DNA from: Candidatus Tenderia sp.
GTDB lineage: Bacteria > Pseudomonadota > Gammaproteobacteria > Tenderiales > Tenderiaceae
Direction: 5' to 3'
Length of the DNA stretch: 42,765 nt
NCBI GenBank assembly: GCA_043755075.1
Contig: JAYUTP010000003.1
Span: 1-42,765, forward strand
Part shown: positions 42,735-42,765 of the stretch, piece by piece
Layout: every line of letters starts with the position of its first letter
Position numbering within the stretch: the stretch's first letter is position 1
The notes under the pieces: model-generated
Told to the model about the DNA's origin: nothing
The model's input: the letters and a program-made list of their open reading frames with translations, nothing else
The model's database searches: none
Program-made: the position numbers and the translations under genes

Positions 42735-42765
42735 TATGTTTTACCCGCATGTTTGCGTGCTGCCG
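42734..42765 (-). CDS. pyrG: Extreme C-terminus of the upstream gene, probably CTP synthase (partial)
   Basis: AARKHAGKT* with a TAATG overlap into kdsA. Identity is inferred only from the conserved pyrG-kdsA-eno order. Confidence 0.55.
   Translation of the reverse strand, partial: AARKHAGKT

Overview
Gammaproteobacterial chromosomal window, lineage not determinable from sequence alone. Two conserved housekeeping blocks lie mainly on the minus strand: rpsB-tsf-pyrH-frr-uppS-cdsA-dxr-rseP-bamA-skp-lpxD-fabZ-lpxA-lpxB-(lipoprotein)-rnhB with divergent map-glnD, and (pyrG end)-kdsA-eno-ftsB-ispD-ispF-truD. The left accessory zone (0.3-5.8 kb, after the 3' end of putA) has an IS66-like scar, an unknown secreted protein, a 7-repeat TolB-like beta-propeller with a GlyGly-CTERM anchor and a vanadium haloperoxidase-type lipoprotein. 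The central accessory zone (24.7-37.8 kb) has a rhombosortase, a BaiN/HI0933 flavoprotein, small stress-type proteins, a YacL-family gene, dbpA, an AT-rich DUF5131 (Cx6Cx2C) + TcmP gene pair, REP-like palindromes, a Bcr/CflA MFS transporter, a DyP peroxidase, an OmpA-domain/HExxH metallopeptidase with a decayed paralog and a decayed lipoprotein upstream, and a PRMT-like methyltransferase behind a near-consensus sigma54 promoter. I found no tRNA, rRNA, CRISPR array or intact transposase/integrase. The best candidates for undescribed biology are the DUF5131-TcmP pair, the OmpA-HExxH toxin/immunity-like locus, the PRMT-like enzyme and the surface haloperoxidase module. Family calls come from motif recognition by eye, not database searches.
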